Shown: piece after piece, positions 19,856 through 30,018 of the stretch | How positions within the stretch are numbered: position 1 is the first letter of the stretch | Layout: every line of letters begins with the position of its first letter | Source of the DNA: Gemmatimonadaceae bacterium | Lineage (GTDB): Bacteria > Gemmatimonadota > Gemmatimonadetes > Gemmatimonadales > Gemmatimonadaceae | DNA: 42,184 bases | Assembly (NCBI GenBank): GCA_033763905.1 | Contig: JANRJP010000146.1 | Location: 1-42,184, forward strand | Direction: 5' to 3' | Position numbers and translations under genes: made by a program | The notes under the pieces: generated by a model | Seen by the model: only the letters and a program-made list of their open reading frames with translations | The model's database searches: none | What the model was told of the DNA's origin: nothing

Positions 19856-19882
19856 ATGAGAATACTTCTCAATAAGAAGTAT
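19856..19882. promoter_or_regulatory. Fur-type operator upstream of the TonB receptor
   Basis: AT-rich island ATGAGAATACTTCTCAAT (TGAGAA-tac-TTCTCA) matching the established TGAnAAT-n-ATTnTCA pattern; a second inverted repeat ATACTTCT/AGAAGTAT overlaps it. Confidence 0.7.
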
Positions 19883-19967
19883 CGAACCATAACCCCGACT
19901 CCACTCGTCGGCAATACCCGAATCTAACACTCCGAATTGCCGCTGATCGCGCGGCGGATGGCCAGCG

Positions 19968-20070
19968 GCGAGCTCGGCATCTCGTGGCTCGCCAGCTCGG
20001 CAAAGCGCGGCCCGCCAGCTTAGCCCAACGCGACCCGACAGCTCAGCCCAGCGCGGACCGCCAGCTCGGC
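19968..20070. repeat. Degenerate 23-bp tandem repeat, about 4.5 copies
   Basis: AGCT core at 19971, 19994, 20017, 20040, 20063 (exact period 23); approximate consensus GCCAGCTCGGCnnAGCGCGGCCC. Confidence 0.8.
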
Positions 20071-20684
20071 GGAGACGCCGTCAGCGAGGCCAAGGCACCG
20101 GCCAGATCGTCGCGACCTTCGCCCGTGTGGCTCGAGAAGGGGATCAGGTCCTCGGGGGTCGTACCCACGGCCTTCGCGATCGCCGCCAGCCGCTCGCTCC
20201 GCTCCTTCGCGTTGAGCTTGTCCACCTTCGTCACCACGAACAGCGTCGGCACCCCGATGTCGCTCAGCAAGCCGAGCATCGTCAAATCCTCGTCGGTGGG
20301 CTCGCGACGCACATCCAGCAGCTGCACCAGCCCGGCGAGCTTCGGCGACTCGCGCAGAAAACCCTCGATCAGCGGCACCCACTCGGCGCGACGTTCCTTG
20401 CTGATCCGCGCGTAGCCGTAGCCCGGCAAGTCGGCAATCGCGAAGGCGCCGTTCACGCCAAAGAAGTGAATCTCGCGCGTGCGCCCCGGCGTGTGGCTCA
20501 CCCGGGCAAAGCCCTTCCGTCGCAGGAGCGTGTTGATCAGCGACGACTTGCCGACGTTCGACCGCCCCGCGATCGCGATCTCGGGCAACGTGGAATCGGG
20601 ACGCCAGCCCGTCGCCGTGGCCATCGGCCCCAGATACTCGAGCGACCGGATCACCAGCGGGTCCTTCGGCTTCGAGGCGTCCAT
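20043..20684 (-). CDS. engB: Ribosome biogenesis GTPase YihA/YsxC/EngB
   Basis: PEIAIAGRSNVGKSSLIN, TPGRT, DLPGYGYA, TKVDKL; coupled to the lon stop codon. Confidence 0.96.
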   Translation of the reverse strand: MDASKPKDPLVIRSLEYLGPMATATGWRPDSTLPEIAIAGRSNVGKSSLINTLLRRKGFARVSHTPGRTREIHFFGVNGAFAIADLPGYGYARISKERRAEWVPLIEGFLRESPKLAGLVQLLDVRREPTDEDLTMLGLLSDIGVPTLFVVTKVDKLNAKERSERLAAIAKAVGTTPEDLIPFSSHTGEGRDDLAGALASLTASPPSWRSALG

Positions 20685-23056
20685 CAGTGCGCCACGCTCG
20701 CCCCGCGCCGATCACCCGCGCGCCGCGGTGACGCCGACGGCACCACCGCCGCCGGCGGCGACACGAAGGCGTACTGCAACACCTCGTCCATCGTCGAGAC
20801 CACGCGAATCGTGAGACCCTCTCGCACCTCGGCCGGCAGCTCTTCGACTTCGCGCGCGTTGCCCTTCGGAATCAGCACCTGCCGGATCCCCTCGCGCAGC
20901 GCGGCCACGGTCTTCTCCTTGAGCCCGCCGATCGGCAGCACGCGGCCACGCAGCGTGACTTCGCCCGTCATCGCGGTGTCACCACGCGTCGCAAGCCCCG
21001 TCAGTGCACTGATGATCGCCGTCGCCAGCGCGATGCCCGCCGACGGGCCGTCCTTCGGGGTCGCGCCGTCGGGGATGTGCACGTGCAAATCGGTCGTGCG
21101 CGGGAAGTCCGTGGGAATCCCCAAGGTCTCGGCGCGCGCCCGCGCAAAGCTGATCGCCGCCGACGCAGACTCCTTCATCACGTCGCCCAAGGTGCCGGTG
21201 AGCTGCACGCGACCGCGACCCGCCACCGCGCTCACTTCGATCTCCAACACTTCGCCGCCCACCGACGTGTAGGCCAAGCCATTCGCCACGCCCGCGCGGT
21301 CCTCGCGCCGCAAACGTTCGTCGTCGAACGGCGCCGGGCCCAAGAACACGCGCAAATCCTTGAGCTTCACCGACAGCGCGGCCCGCTTCGATTCGGCCCG
21401 CCGACGCGCCAGCTTGCGCGCCACGCGCGCGAGCCGACGATCCAACTCGCGGACTCCCGCCTCACGCGTGTAGCGGCGCAACAGGGCCGGCCACACGTCG
21501 TCGGCCACCGTGACCGACAGCCCCTCCAACCCGTGCGCCGCCAACTGCCGCGGCCACAGGAAGCGCTTGGCGATCTCGATCTTCTCGGGGTCCAGATACC
21601 CCGGCAGACGCACGATCTCCATCCGGTCGCGCAACGGCTCCGGAATGCCCGCGAGGCCGTTCGCCGTCGTCAGGAACAGCACCTGCGACAGGTCGTAGTC
21701 GAGCTCCAAGTAGTGATCGTTGAACGCGGCGTGCTGCTCGGGGTCGAGCACTTCCAGCAAGGCCGCCGACGGATCCCCACGCCAGTCCTGCCCGAGCTTG
21801 TCGACTTCGTCGAGCAGAATCACCGGATTCACCGTGCCGGCTTTGCGCATCGCCTGCAGAATGCGGCCCGGCAGCGCGCCGATGTACGTGCGGCGATGCC
21901 CGCGAATCTCCGCTTCATCGCGCACGCCGCCGAGGGACATCCGCACGAACTTGCGGCCCAGCGCGGTCGCGATCGATCGACCCAGCGAGGTCTTGCCCAC
22001 GCCCGGCGGACCGACGAGACACAGCACCGGCCCGGCCATCGTCCCCACCGACTTGAGCACGGCGATGTGGTCGATGATGCGATCCTTCACATCGTCGAGC
22101 CCGAAGTGATCGCCGTCGAGCACGGCCTTGGCGCGCGCGATGTCGAGCGTATCGTCGCTGCGCTCGGTCCACGGCAGCGCCAGCGCCCACTCGATCCAGG
22201 TACGACTCACCGCCGCTTCGGGTGACAGGGTCGACAGTCGCTTCAAGCGACCGAGTTCCCGCTCCACACGCTCCTTGGCGGCGGCCGGCAGCGTCTTGGC
22301 CGCGATCTGCTTCTCGATCTCGGCCACATCGTCGTCGTCCGTGCCGAGCTCGCGGTGAATGGCCTTGAGCTGTTCCTGCAGCCAGAACTCGCGCTGGTTC
22401 TGGCCGAGGGCACCGCGCACGTCGTCTTCGAGCTTGCGCTCCAGCCGCAGCAGATCCAGTTCGGACGACAAGAGCTCCACGAGCAACTGCCACAGCGCAT
22501 CGAGTGACGGACTCTCGAGCAGCCGCTGCCGCACGTCCAGCCGCAACGCCAAATGTGCCGCCAGCGCGTAGGCCTGACGCTCACCGCTCGGCGTGGCTTG
22601 CACCATCGTGACGACTTCGCCCGGAATGCGCCGATGCAGCCCGACGTACTCTTCGAAGAGACTGAGGGCGCGTCGGCCAAGCACCTCGCGCTCGGCCGTG
22701 GCCGGCGCGAGCGGCAGCGGTCCCGGAACAGCGGACAAGCCACGCTCCCCGGCCTGGATGCGTACGAGCGTCACGCGCGTTTCGGCTTCGACCAGAATCT
22801 TGCGTGCGCCGTTGGCCATCGTCTGCTGCTGCACGATGCGCGCGACGGTACCGACCGCGTGCAGGTCACCCGGGCCGGGATCGTTCATCTCGGCCGAGCG
22901 CTGCGCCACGAGCAGAATGCGCTGGTCAGTGTCGTCGGCGGCGTCGATCGCGGCCAGAGAGCCAGCGCGCCCCACGAGGAGCGGCATCGTCACGTGTGGG
23001 AAGACGATGACGTCGCGGAGCGGCAGAACGGGGAGACGCAGGGCGGGGCGAGCCAT
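20684..23056 (-). CDS. lon: ATP-dependent Lon protease
   Basis: LPLRDVIVFP N domain, GPPGVGKTS, DEAEIRGHRRTYIG, LLDEVDK, PKDGPSAG (Ser), GGLKEK (Lys). Confidence 0.98.
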   Translation of the reverse strand: MARPALRLPVLPLRDVIVFPHVTMPLLVGRAGSLAAIDAADDTDQRILLVAQRSAEMNDPGPGDLHAVGTVARIVQQQTMANGARKILVEAETRVTLVRIQAGERGLSAVPGPLPLAPATAEREVLGRRALSLFEEYVGLHRRIPGEVVTMVQATPSGERQAYALAAHLALRLDVRQRLLESPSLDALWQLLVELLSSELDLLRLERKLEDDVRGALGQNQREFWLQEQLKAIHRELGTDDDDVAEIEKQIAAKTLPAAAKERVERELGRLKRLSTLSPEAAVSRTWIEWALALPWTERSDDTLDIARAKAVLDGDHFGLDDVKDRIIDHIAVLKSVGTMAGPVLCLVGPPGVGKTSLGRSIATALGRKFVRMSLGGVRDEAEIRGHRRTYIGALPGRILQAMRKAGTVNPVILLDEVDKLGQDWRGDPSAALLEVLDPEQHAAFNDHYLELDYDLSQVLFLTTANGLAGIPEPLRDRMEIVRLPGYLDPEKIEIAKRFLWPRQLAAHGLEGLSVTVADDVWPALLRRYTREAGVRELDRRLARVARKLARRRAESKRAALSVKLKDLRVFLGPAPFDDERLRREDRAGVANGLAYTSVGGEVLEIEVSAVAGRGRVQLTGTLGDVMKESASAAISFARARAETLGIPTDFPRTTDLHVHIPDGATPKDGPSAGIALATAIISALTGLATRGDTAMTGEVTLRGRVLPIGGLKEKTVAALREGIRQVLIPKGNAREVEELPAEVREGLTIRVVSTMDEVLQYAFVSPPAAVVPSASPRRAGDRRGASVAH

Positions 23057-23080
23057 ACGGCAATCTACCCCAATGCAACG

Positions 23081-23104
23081 CGGGGGGCCCGACTGGGCCC
23101 CCCG
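23081..23104. terminator. Stem-loop between clpX and lon
   Basis: CGGGGGGCCC-gact-GGGCCCCCCG, perfect 10-bp stem. Confidence 0.5.
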
Positions 23105-23132
23105 CCACGTGACGCGCCGATGGACCGGTCGG

Positions 23133-24443
23133 TCAGGCTTCCTTCTTCTTCCGCGGCGCGGGGGCGATCTCGAGCAGCGGCGGCGTGTCGTTCACGATAC
23201 TCGCCTCGGTGACCTTCACCTCGACGACATCTTCGCGGCTCGGCAACTCGAACATCACCTGCAGCAACTTCTCTTCGAGAATCGCGCGCAGGCCGCGCGC
23301 GCCGGTGCCGCGCTTGAGCGCCTTGCGCGCAATCGCCTTCAGGGCGCCTTCGTCGAAGGTGATCTTCACCTCTTCGAGGTCGAAGAGCTTGGTGTACTGC
23401 TTGGTCAGGGCGTTCTTCGGCTCCTTGAGGATGCGCACGAGCGCGTCTTCGTCGAGCGGGTTGAGCGCGACCGTGACCGGCATACGGCCCACCAGTTCGG
23501 GAATGAGCCCGAAGCGGAGCAGGTCGTCGGGCTCGACTTCCTGGAAGAGGTTCTTCTTCTTCTCGGTCGCCGCGAGGCTGTTCGGGTTGGCCGATGGCAG
23601 CATCGACACGCCAACCGGCGCCGCCGGTGCCGCCGCATCGCCTTCGCGGGGCGAGAAGCCGATCGCTTTCCGCCCGGTGCGCGACTCGATGATCTTCTCG
23701 AGGCCGTCGAACGCGCCGCCGCAGATGAACAGGATATCCTTGGTGTTGCTCTGGATGTATTCCTGCTGCGGATGCTTGCGCCCACCCTGGGGCGGCACAC
23801 TGGCGACCGTGCCTTCGAGAATCTTGAGGAGCGCCTGCTGGACGCCTTCACCCGAGACGTCGCGGGTGATCGACGGATTCTCGGACTTGCGGGCGATCTT
23901 GTCGATTTCGTCCAGGTACACGATGCCGCGTTCGCAGTCTGCGACATTGAAGTCGCCCGCCTGCAGCAGACGCACCAAGATGTTCTCGACGTCTTCGCCG
24001 ACGTAGCCGGCTTCGGTCAGCGTCGTGGCATCGGCAATGGTGAACGGCACGTCCAGAATGCGCGCCAAGGTCTGCGCGAGCAGCGTCTTGCCGGTGCCGG
24101 TGGGCCCGATCAGCAGGATGTTCGACTTGTCGAGCTCGACTTCGTCGTCCCGCGTGCTGGTGGCGTTGACGCGCTTGTAGTGGTTGTACACCGCCACCGC
24201 GAGCGCCTTCTTCGCCTGATCCTGCCCGATCACATACTGGTCGAGCGTGTCCTTGATCTCCTGGGGGGTCGGGACCTGCGTAATCGCCTCGGCGACTTCG
24301 CGCTCCTCGTCCTCGGCCAAGATTTCATTGCACAGCGCGATGCATTCGTTGCAGATGTAGACCGACGGGCCGGAGATGAACTTCCGGACCGAGTCCTTGG
24401 ACTTTCCGCAGAACGAGCAGCGCAGGTGCTTGTCTTGTGACAT
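23133..24443 (-). CDS. clpX: ATP-dependent Clp protease ATPase subunit ClpX
   Basis: CSFC...CNEC zinc finger, [35 protein letters not shown] loop, GARGLR. Confidence 0.99.
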   Translation of the reverse strand: MSQDKHLRCSFCGKSKDSVRKFISGPSVYICNECIALCNEILAEDEEREVAEAITQVPTPQEIKDTLDQYVIGQDQAKKALAVAVYNHYKRVNATSTRDDEVELDKSNILLIGPTGTGKTLLAQTLARILDVPFTIADATTLTEAGYVGEDVENILVRLLQAGDFNVADCERGIVYLDEIDKIARKSENPSITRDVSGEGVQQALLKILEGTVASVPPQGGRKHPQQEYIQSNTKDILFICGGAFDGLEKIIESRTGRKAIGFSPREGDAAAPAAPVGVSMLPSANPNSLAATEKKKNLFQEVEPDDLLRFGLIPELVGRMPVTVALNPLDEDALVRILKEPKNALTKQYTKLFDLEEVKITFDEGALKAIARKALKRGTGARGLRAILEEKLLQVMFELPSREDVVEVKVTEASIVNDTPPLLEIAPAPRKKKEA

Positions 24444-24539
24444 ATGCGTCGGGGGGCGGGGCAGACGGGTCCGGACCGATCGGGCCCCGTATGGACCCTA
24501 CGGACCAGACCCGGTCCGGTCAACTGACGATCAACTGGC

Positions 24540-25169
24540 TCAACCCGTGACAGTCGGTTGGGCCGTCTCCGCGACGACCTGTCCCCGGTGTTGCACGATG
24601 GTGTCGATGATGCCGTAGGTCTTGGCGTCTTCGGCGCTCAGATAGAAGTCACGATCGAAGTCGCGCTCGATCTGCTCGACCGACTTGCCGGTGTTCGCCG
24701 ACATCAGCTCGTTCATCTTCGAACGGAGGTACAGGATTTCCTTCGCCTGAATCTCGATGTCGGCCGCCGTGCCGCCGGTGCCACCGGACGGCTGATGCAT
24801 CATGATGCGCGCGTGCGGCAGGGCCATCCGCTTGCCCTTGGTGCCGCCGGCAAGCAGGAAGCAGCCCATCGACGCGGCCATCCCCATACAAATGGTGCTG
24901 ACGGGGGAGGTCAGGAATCGCATCGTGTCATAGATCGCGAGGCCGGCCGAGACCGAGCCGCCAGGCGAATTGATGTACAAATGGATGTCACGCCCCGGAT
25001 TGTCCGCCTCGAGGAACAGCAGCTGGGCAATCACGATGTTCGCCACATCGTCATTGATCGGCGTGCCGAGGAAGATGATCCGATCCATCAGCAGACGCGA
25101 AAACACGTCGTACGTGCGTTCGCCGCGGCTGGACCGTTCGATGACGTAGGGAGCGTAAATGCTGGGCAT
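24540..25169 (-). CDS. clpP: ATP-dependent Clp protease proteolytic subunit
   Basis: YINSPGG, AASMG (Ser), MMHQP (His), DRD (Asp). Confidence 0.99.
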   Translation of the reverse strand: MPSIYAPYVIERSSRGERTYDVFSRLLMDRIIFLGTPINDDVANIVIAQLLFLEADNPGRDIHLYINSPGGSVSAGLAIYDTMRFLTSPVSTICMGMAASMGCFLLAGGTKGKRMALPHARIMMHQPSGGTGGTAADIEIQAKEILYLRSKMNELMSANTGKSVEQIERDFDRDFYLSAEDAKTYGIIDTIVQHRGQVVAETAQPTVTG

Positions 25170-25243
25170 GGGGCGTGATCCGGCGTGGGTTGGTGATCCA
25201 CCGGGCGGTACTCCGAGGAGTATCGGCCCGACGGCTCCGAGGG

Positions 25244-26482
25244 TTACTCCACCGTGTTTTGCGTGAGGAGCCAGGCAAAGACCCGCTCCTCCAAGATCTC
25301 CCGTTCCAGAGCCGGCAGACGACCGGCCTTCTGCAACGTGCCGTAGAGCTGGCCCGCGGGCACCTTGCGCTCCTCGGCCATCTTCTGAATCCGGTCGTCC
25401 ACATCGGCTTCGGTGGGGACGAACTGCTGACGCTCGGCGATGAGCTCGACGATCACGTCGCGGCGCACCTGCCGCTCGGCGATCGGCTTGAACTCGTCGG
25501 CGAACTTCTCCTGGTCTTCCTTCGGCACCTGGTAGGCTTCGAGGTAGCGGCCGATCACTTCACCGACCCAGCTCGGCGGCAGGTCGAAGGGATTGGCCGC
25601 GATGATCTGCTCCATCAGGTTGGCACGAAGCTGTGAATCGGCTTCCTGTTCGGCGTGGCGCGCCAGGTCCTTGGCGACGGTCTCGCGCAACGCGGCGAGC
25701 GAATCGAAGTCGCCAACCGACGCCGCGAACGCGTCGTCGAGCGCCGGCGCTTCCTTCCGCTTCACGTCCTTGAGCGTGACACGCACGAGCTTCGTCTTGC
25801 CCGCCGAGGCGGCATCAGGGAAGTCGTCCGGCCACTTCACGGGGCGTTCGATGGTTTCGCCCGGCTTGGCTTCGAGCACCAGTTCCTCCACGCCGGCGAT
25901 GGCCTGTCCTTCGCCGATCACCAGACGATACTCCTTGCCTTCCGGAAGCGTTCCGTCCTCACCCGCGGCGGCGAGATCGACCGTCACCATATCGCCGGGA
26001 TCGGCCTTGCCGTCCTTCGGCACCCAGTTCGAGCGCTGGTCGCGCAGACGGTCGAGCTGCGCATCGATGTCGGCGTCGGTCACGGCGGTCGAACCGCGCG
26101 CGATGCGGAAGCCGCTCAGCTTGTCGAGCGCGACTTCGGGGCGCACTTCGAGATGCAACTCGAAGGTCATCGCCTCGCCGTCGTGCCAGTGCAAGTGATG
26201 AATGTGCGGCTGCGCGACCACCTTGAGTTGCTCGCGCTCGAGCACGGTCTGGTAGGCTTCACGCACGACGGCTTCGATCGTTTCCTGACGAATCGCGTCG
26301 GCGAAGCGCTTCTTGACGACGGGGGCTGGAGCCTTGCCCGGGCGGAAGCCCGGCATCCGGGCCTGCGACACATAGCGGCGGGTCGCCTTGGCTTCGAGTT
26401 CGGCCACGTCCTTCGCGGCCACCGAAACCTGAATCAGGCGCTCAACGCCGTCGGTCTTCTTGGGAGTCAGCTGGATATCCAT
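25244..26482 (-). CDS. tig: Trigger factor
   Basis: PGFRPGKAP ribosome-binding signature, FKBP-like middle domain, canonical position before clpP. Confidence 0.95.
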   Translation of the reverse strand: MDIQLTPKKTDGVERLIQVSVAAKDVAELEAKATRRYVSQARMPGFRPGKAPAPVVKKRFADAIRQETIEAVVREAYQTVLEREQLKVVAQPHIHHLHWHDGEAMTFELHLEVRPEVALDKLSGFRIARGSTAVTDADIDAQLDRLRDQRSNWVPKDGKADPGDMVTVDLAAAGEDGTLPEGKEYRLVIGEGQAIAGVEELVLEAKPGETIERPVKWPDDFPDAASAGKTKLVRVTLKDVKRKEAPALDDAFAASVGDFDSLAALRETVAKDLARHAEQEADSQLRANLMEQIIAANPFDLPPSWVGEVIGRYLEAYQVPKEDQEKFADEFKPIAERQVRRDVIVELIAERQQFVPTEADVDDRIQKMAEERKVPAGQLYGTLQKAGRLPALEREILEERVFAWLLTQNTVE

Positions 26483-26521
26483 AGTGCCCGAAAGATAGCA
26501 CCGGGCACCCGCCCTCGGAGA

Positions 26522-27469
26522 CTACTTCGCCGAGAGCGCGAGCCCGGCCGTCGACGCGCCGCCTTCCCGCTGCGTGACGGTCGACCCCGACCGCCACGCC
26601 AGCCACGTCGGCACGTACATCAGCAGCGCGCCCGGGATCACCGCCCACCAGAGCCCGTGCTTGGCGCAGATCGTCAGCGGCATCACGCCACCGACGGCAT
26701 ACAGCACCAGTGGGAGCTTGGCCGGCGCAATCCGGTCCCGCACCTGCGTCGGAGACACGAATGCCAGCATCAGACGCGCCACGAGGATGCCCGTGACCAC
26801 CCAGCCGATCCAATTCGAGAGCGGCATCCCGTAGAAGAACCCGGTCTTGATGAAGCCCGGGATCCAGGCCGGGAACTTGTCGAAGTCCCACTCCCAGTGA
26901 TGCGGCTGGACCGCGGTCATTGCCGGGTCCTGCGGCACGTCCCAGAAGGTGAGGAGGAAGCCGGCGGCGACGGCCCACTTCCACTTGGTGGCGTTCGAGT
27001 CGTCGGCCGTCATCAAGCGCCCGCAGATCGCGAGGCACCCGTACAGCATATAGAACCACGACACGGGAATCGGCGGCGGCACGTCGCCGAGGATCTTCCA
27101 GCCCAGCATATCGGTGTAGTGGTACGGACCGAAGGGCAGGCCGACGTTGGTGCCCCCGAGTTCGCTCGCCAGCGCCAGCAGGGACGCGGCGAGAAACATC
27201 AGGATCGCCCGTCCGGTGCCGAGGCGTGGCAGGGTGTGAATCAGCGCCGCGAGGGCCCCGACGTAGACCGTCGTCATCGGGGCATACGCGAGCGAGATCT
27301 GATACACCTTGGCGGTGTAGTCGCCCACCAGCAGCTGGGGGAAGTCGCCAGACAGAATCGTCGCGTAGGCCACCGCGCCGAACACGCTCAGCGACGCGTG
27401 CGCAATGAGGAAGGCCCAGGCGATACGGTCGTAGCGGATCTCGTCGGGGGTCGTCGTCATCGCAGTCAT
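26522..27469 (-). CDS. cruF: CruF-type carotenoid 1,2-hydratase (DUF422 membrane protein)
   Basis: ELGGTNVGLPFGPYHYT, LGWKILGDVP, SWF, WDVPQDPAM, FYGMPLSNWIGW; several TM helices; coupled to crtI (ATGA). Confidence 0.82.
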   Translation of the reverse strand: MTAMTTTPDEIRYDRIAWAFLIAHASLSVFGAVAYATILSGDFPQLLVGDYTAKVYQISLAYAPMTTVYVGALAALIHTLPRLGTGRAILMFLAASLLALASELGGTNVGLPFGPYHYTDMLGWKILGDVPPPIPVSWFYMLYGCLAICGRLMTADDSNATKWKWAVAAGFLLTFWDVPQDPAMTAVQPHHWEWDFDKFPAWIPGFIKTGFFYGMPLSNWIGWVVTGILVARLMLAFVSPTQVRDRIAPAKLPLVLYAVGGVMPLTICAKHGLWWAVIPGALLMYVPTWLAWRSGSTVTQREGGASTAGLALSAK

Positions 27470-29019
27470 GCGCGCGCCTTCACGCGGCGGCCGGTGGTGG
27501 TAGCGGTTTCAGGAGGCATCACGCTGCGCGACGGCTTGAACGCGACGCCGGCGGCGGGGCCGATGAGATCGGCCACGATTTTGCCCGAGCTGATCACGCC
27601 CGGAAGTCCGGCCCCGGGGTGCGTGCCCGCCCCGCAGAAGAACAGATTCGGCACGTCTTCGCTGCGGTTGTGCGGGCGCATCCACGCGCTCTGCGACAGC
27701 CGCGGTTCGACGCTGAATGCCGAGCCGAGGAACGAGTTGAGCGTGTCCCGGAAATACCGGGGATCCACGATGCGCTCGGTGACGATGTGCTTCGAGAGCC
27801 CGGGCATATAGCGCTGCTCGAGGTACTGCACGATCGCGTCGCGATATGGCTTCTGCTTCGCAGCCCAGTCGGTATCGCCACCCAGATGCGGCACCGGCGA
27901 GAGCACGTACCAGCAGTCGTGTCCCGGGGGCGCCAACGAGGGGTCGGTGGCGGTGGGGCGGTGCAGGTACAGCGAGAAGTCGTCCGAGAGCGTCTTATTC
28001 TCGAAGATGTCGTCGAGCAGGCCCTTGTAGCGGGGGCCCATCAGAATTTCGTGGTGCGCGATGTCGGTGTACTGCTTGTCCGTGCCGAAATACATCACGA
28101 ACAGCGACATCGAGTAGCGCTGCTTGGCCACCTTCGCGTCGGTCCACTTGCGGCGGTAGGCCTTGGGCACGAGCGAGACATACGACTGCGCCACATCGCC
28201 ATTGCAGACGACGGCGTCGGCGTGAATGACTTCGCCGCTCGCGAGCTCGACGCCGGTCGCCTTGCGCGTGGCCGGGTCCATCACGAGCGTCTTCACCTCG
28301 GACGACAGGCGAATCGTGCCGCCAATGTCGGTGAAGAGCTTCGCGAAGCCCTTCACCAGCGCACCGGTGCCGCCCATCGCGAACCACACGCCCCAGCGCT
28401 GCTCGAGGCGGTGAATCAGCGTGTAGATGCTCGTCGTCTGGAACGGATTGCCGCCGACGAGCAGCGGGTGGAACGAGAACACCTGACGCAGCCGCTCGTC
28501 CTGCACGTACTCCGACACGAACTTCGCGACCGACTTGTCCGAGCGCAGGCGGACGAGTTCCGGCAGCACCTTGAGCATCGACCCGACCTGATGGAACGGC
28601 TTGTCGATCAGGCCGAAGCCGGTCTGGAAGATGTCTTCGGAGTCACGATAGAACCGCTCGTAGCCCGCGACGTCCGCCGGGTTGAAGCGGCGCACTTCCT
28701 CCAGCACTTGCGAGCGATCGCCCGTGTAGTGGAAGACCGAGCCGTCTTCGAACCGAATGTTGTAGAACGGCGTGACCGGCACGATCTTCACGTAGTCGTC
28801 GGTCACCTTGCCGCACATCTCGAAGAGATCGTGGATCAACCACGGCGCGGTGATGATCGTGGGGCCGGCATCGAACGTGAAGCCGTCCTGTTCGAACACG
28901 TATGCGCGACCGCCCGGCTTGTCGAGCTTGTCGACGATCGTGACGTCGTGTCCCTGTTGACGCAGCCGGATCGCCGCCGAGAGGCCGCCGAACCCGGATC
29001 CAATGACAACGAGCTTCAT
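27466..29019 (-). CDS. crtI: Phytoene desaturase
   Basis: GSGFGG FAD motif, GFTFDAGPTIIT, FSFHPLLVGGNP, GAGTHPGAGLPGV. Confidence 0.96.
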   Translation of the reverse strand: MKLVVIGSGFGGLSAAIRLRQQGHDVTIVDKLDKPGGRAYVFEQDGFTFDAGPTIITAPWLIHDLFEMCGKVTDDYVKIVPVTPFYNIRFEDGSVFHYTGDRSQVLEEVRRFNPADVAGYERFYRDSEDIFQTGFGLIDKPFHQVGSMLKVLPELVRLRSDKSVAKFVSEYVQDERLRQVFSFHPLLVGGNPFQTTSIYTLIHRLEQRWGVWFAMGGTGALVKGFAKLFTDIGGTIRLSSEVKTLVMDPATRKATGVELASGEVIHADAVVCNGDVAQSYVSLVPKAYRRKWTDAKVAKQRYSMSLFVMYFGTDKQYTDIAHHEILMGPRYKGLLDDIFENKTLSDDFSLYLHRPTATDPSLAPPGHDCWYVLSPVPHLGGDTDWAAKQKPYRDAIVQYLEQRYMPGLSKHIVTERIVDPRYFRDTLNSFLGSAFSVEPRLSQSAWMRPHNRSEDVPNLFFCGAGTHPGAGLPGVISSGKIVADLIGPAAGVAFKPSRSVMPPETATTTGRRVKARA

Positions 29020-29022
29020 CGC

Positions 29023-30018
29023 TTACGCAATCCTCGCGACGCCCGGGGCGACGAGCGGGGCATCTTCCCACCCGAGGACCGGTTCGCCGCCGTAGGCCAA
29101 GGCTTCATCGGCGCGCCGCGTCGAGCTGCGCCAAATCGTCCACAGCAGGCTGATTCGCTTCCACTGCGGCACGCGGGCGCGCGCCGAGATCGTGTCGTAC
29201 TGCCGCGCTTCGATCGCGTCGAGAATGCCGGCGTAGCCGACGGCACAGGCCGTGGCGCACTTCTGCGCGTCCGGCGCGAGCAGGGCAATGCCGGGGCGCG
29301 CCAATTCGTACAACGTGCGCGCGCGACCAATCTGAAACGCCATGAACGGCGCCCAGCGCTCGTCCTGCGCCAAGGCGCGATCCTGCAGAATCTCCCCGCG
29401 CGTCAGGCCGAACGCGGCCAGATCCTCGTCGGGGAAGTAGCAGCGGCCGCGCTGCGCGTCTTCGCCGACATCGCGCAGAATGTTGGTGAGCTGCATCGCC
29501 ACGCCCAACGTGCGCGCGTACTTGAGCGCACGCTCGCGGGCGGCATCGCCAGCGGGCACCCCGAACACATAGGTGCACATTTCGCCGACCGTGCTTGCGA
29601 CGCCTTCGCAGTAGCGCGCCAACTGTGCCCAGGTGTCGTAGCGCACCGGCTCGAGATCGCGCGCCACGCCGGCGACGAGCTCGTGGAGCACCGTCTCGGG
29701 CACCCCGTAGGTGCGCACCGCCCACTGCAGTTCGCGGAACACGCCGTCGCTGCCCGGCCGCCCTTCGTGGACGACCGCGGTCAGCGCCTGATCGTACTCG
29801 GCCAGCCGCTTGGCGATCGACGGATCGCCGGCCAGCTTGGCCTCGTCGACCATATCGTCCGCCAGCCGGCAGAACGCATACAGCGCGTACGCTGCACGCC
29901 GCTTCTCCGGCGGCAGGAACCGGCTCGCCAGATAGAACGTGCGCGCGTGCTTTTGGACGATCGCGATGCAGATTGCCGCGTCGTCGGCAGAAGGGCGGAC
30001 GGCTGAAGGTTCGGCCAT
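29023..30018 (-). CDS. crtB: Phytoene synthase
   Basis: HARTFY, LYAFCRLADDMVD, YCEGVASTVG, LGVAMQLTNILRDVGEDA. Confidence 0.96.
   Translation of the reverse strand: MAEPSAVRPSADDAAICIAIVQKHARTFYLASRFLPPEKRRAAYALYAFCRLADDMVDEAKLAGDPSIAKRLAEYDQALTAVVHEGRPGSDGVFRELQWAVRTYGVPETVLHELVAGVARDLEPVRYDTWAQLARYCEGVASTVGEMCTYVFGVPAGDAARERALKYARTLGVAMQLTNILRDVGEDAQRGRCYFPDEDLAAFGLTRGEILQDRALAQDERWAPFMAFQIGRARTLYELARPGIALLAPDAQKCATACAVGYAGILDAIEARQYDTISARARVPQWKRISLLWTIWRSSTRRADEALAYGGEPVLGWEDAPLVAPGVARIA

Noticed and set aside
19968..20070. 23-bp periodic array as a mini-CRISPR
   Set aside because: The period is far too short for repeat plus spacer, the variable parts resemble each other, and no cas gene is in the window.
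24444..24545. GGACC and TCAAC(TG) short repeats between clpP and clpX as CtsR-like sites
   Set aside because: Spacing is irregular and the match to the RGTCAAA-NAN heptads is poor; likely low-complexity sequence.
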